Source: Gekko japonicus
Taxonomy: Eukaryota
Reading direction: 5' to 3'
Assembly (NCBI RefSeq): GCF_001447785.1
Contig: NW_015175975.1
Coordinates: 129,420 to 193,419 of the forward strand
Length of the DNA stretch: 64,000 bases
Shown here: piece by piece, positions 61,736 to 64,000 of the stretch
Layout: each line of letters starts with the position of its first letter
How positions within the stretch are numbered: the first letter of the stretch is position 1
Made by a program: the position numbers and the translations under genes
Notes under the pieces: model-generated
What the model was told of the DNA's origin: nothing
The model's input: the letters and a program-made list of their open reading frames with translations, nothing else
Databases searched by the model: none

Positions 61736-62350
61736 GCGGAGATTTCTGGCATGCTGTCCTAAGAGAGATAAACATGATCACTTCGCAAACAATCTCATTT
61801 CGACCGGAAGTTCTTCTTCTTTTACAACTACCGGATTTCTCTGATGAAGAATGCACACTTACTGAACTTACCTTATTTCTGCTCGCGGCGTTCCACTTGT
61901 CGATAGCTTTGTCTTGGAAGCCCTCCTCTGCCCCGATGTTGGTAAACTGGAGAGAAAAAGTATGGAACCACTCTAGCTCCACAACAACTTTTTCAAAATT
62001 TGTACTTACCTGGTTCCCTTGGTTACATTATATGACGGAGAAAAACGTACTCCCATCTAATCCTACTTACCTTTCTTGGCTCCACTTTTGATACTAACCT
62101 CTGCTGACTATATACTAGACTCAAAGAATGTTTAATTATTTTTATTCTCATTTTAAAAGATTCAGCGAGTAGTGGTATGACTATTTGAGATTAATGATTT
62201 TTTTCTGGTAGTCACAAAAACTGTTTTACAAAGTTTAACTGTTTATATTTTTAGTAATTTCTGATTGTACTATGGCTTGACTTACTCTATGATTTTTTTG
62301 TTCTGGTTGATTATTATTATTTTTTTTTAAAGGAGAAGAGAAGAGAAGAA
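61735..62350 (+). mobile_element. L1/Tx1-type LINE 3' end (ORF2 C-terminus + T-rich 3'UTR)
   Basis: FWHAVLREINMIT...PEVLLL...FLLAAFHLSIALSWKPSSAPMLVNWREKVWN...KFVLTWFPWLHYM. Confidence 0.7.
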
Positions 62351-63408
62351 AACACAGGGTATTGGGACACTAATTTGGATCTACTCCTGGGGAGGCAAAA
62401 AGTTGTGTGGAAAGTTTTGCAAACTTTGATTGTTTAAGAACTAAGCACTACAAAGCGGAGGTTTGCATTTGTGCAGAAATGGTCTCTCTCTGTTTAAACA
62501 ATTATCTGCCAAGCACAAAAGTGGTGCAGCAAGGATGAGCAGGAGGGAGTAGAACTTGATCAGGCTCTGTGAGAATTGTACGTGCACAAAAAGCAGATTA
62601 GGCTGCACTGCACTGTTAGGAAGGAATAGAGTGAAGCAACCTTCCTTACATCCACAAACAGGTAAATGACCAGACAGACAGTCTGTTAAAAAAGCAGTTC
62701 TCTAGTGAACAGGATGTGAACAAAACCAGTGGGCATTGGAGTATCCTTAATATTCAGTGATTCTTCCAAGAAGTTGTTTTCATTGATGAACTATTTATAG
62801 AACTATTGATGATATAATTATTGTCTCTGCTTCTCTGAGCAGTGAGAACTCCCTGGGACAGAGCTATTACATCTAGTTTCCTCTGAAAGAGATAATGCTG
62901 GGGAATTATGGTGTCTTTGTAATATTTACTTTATATAAAAAATTACCAGCAGAGTAACTGTGAAAGCAAATAGGTATGTCTATAAGAGGCAGAAGACCCT
63001 AAGAGAGGACTATGCATAGCCTTTCTCAGGTATAAAATCCCTTCTTCAGCTGACTCCAGATCTCTTTCTCTGCCTCTTTCTGATATTTTGTCCCTACAGG
63101 TGAATTGCCCAGTCAGGAAATCAAATTCACTTTTGGAGTGGGGTCAAGGTTCAGCTGAACTTAAAAATGTACCCACTCCACCTCCCATAAAAAGCTCAAC
63201 TACTGTGTGAAAATAGTTAGGATGGCTCATGATTTGCAGGGGAAAAACAATTAGAGAAGAAATTTAAAAACACAGTATTCATGATTACTTATTTAATTAT
63301 ATGTTTAAAAGATAACAATTTTCCTCCTCTGGACAAAAAAATCTACCAGGCTATTATTATTTCCAGGACAGACAGACTTTCTAATTTCCGGGGGGGGGGG
63401 GGCTGGGC

Positions 63409-63595
63409 CAGAGGCATTGCTATGCTAGGTCCTTAAAAGAACTGAGGCCCAGTGAAATCATAGGGAGGAGCCAATGACATTACAGGCCATTGTCACTATC
63501 TATGGAGGTGGAGCTATGTGGGATTTAGGAAGGGGCTCCCCAGAAATTTAGGGAGGGCCTGGGAACCCTTGGGAACTTCTCTAGCCATGCCCCTG
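63409..63595. mobile_element. hAT MITE
   Basis: CAGAGGCATTGCTA / TAGCCATGCCCCTG; 8-bp TSD GGCTGGGC. Confidence 0.75.
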
Positions 63596-63647
63596 GGCTG
63601 GGCTAAACCCAGGAAAAGGTAGGAGTTGACCAGTGGTTACAATGGTA

Positions 63648-63780
63648 TTTTATTTATTTATTTATTTATATTTGCATCCTGCCCATCCCATGAGCAGGCT
63701 CAGGGCAGGTCACATCATCTCAAATAATACAATAAGGTTTAAAACACAATAAAACATTACATTATAAACATTTAAAATCA
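63648..63780 (-). mobile_element. L2-type 3' tail
   Basis: (TTTA)n then TCCTGCCCATCCC...GCTCAGGGCAGGTCACA. Confidence 0.55.
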
Positions 63781-63792
63781 GTAGTTATAGCT

Positions 63793-63843
63793 GCCGGTTC
63801 TCCCAGATTACAGTCCGCGCACTTAACCACTACACCAAACTGG
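63793..63843 (-). mobile_element. tRNA-SINE head fragment (Squam3-like)
   Basis: Minus strand CCAGTTTGGTGTAGTGGTTAAGTGCGCGGACTGTAATCTGGGAGAACCGG. Confidence 0.65.
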
Positions 63844-63844
63844 T

Positions 63845-64000
63845 AGTAACTTTCTCAAAAAAGGAGATAAGAGTAGTCTGACATGACCTGTTCTCAGCTC
63901 GTGGTAATCACAGCCCTCCTTTCTAATGGCTCAAGAACTGATTGTTTGGTGATTTGTTCTACAACCTTTCCAGGTAGACATCAAGCTGATGGGTCGATAA
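63845..64000 (-). mobile_element. CR1 RT fragment running off the window edge
   Basis: Minus strand YRPISLMS...RSCQTTLISFFEKVT, with frameshifts. Confidence 0.75.

Noticed and set aside
63100-63210. Strong acceptor followed by a short open frame
   Set aside because: No clear donor or recognisable peptide

Overview
Vertebrate nuclear DNA, almost certainly a squamate reptile (Sauria/Squam-type SINEs, CR1 with (TTCTTATG)n tails, Bov-B, DIRS and Penelope relics; gecko is plausible but only an inference). I recognise no host protein-coding gene: the window looks intergenic or deep-intronic, and every ORF with recognisable homology belongs to a transposable element. It contains many CR1 LINE copies, including a 3-kb internally deleted copy with esterase-type ORF1 and a young 410-aa RT fragment. 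It also holds L2, RTE/Bov-B and L1 pieces, a DIRS relic, solo LTRs with TSDs, Penelope-like relics with degenerate hammerhead ribozymes, four Sauria SINEs, 5S-headed and tRNA-headed SINEs, PIF/Harbinger-type MITEs (3-bp TSD) and hAT MITEs (8-bp TSD). The most notable observations are: (1) a TSD-flanked, polyadenylated L1-like element with 5'UTR + ORF1 + its own 3'UTR/AATAAA and no ORF2 (HAL1-like) at 56083-57681; (2) a CpG-rich, palindrome-studded Harbinger MITE radiation sharing one TIR core; (3) a minimal hammerhead motif whose downstream sequence is duplicated starting at the predicted cleavage site; (4) several nested insertions that give relative ages. All family assignments were made by eye from motifs, not by database search.
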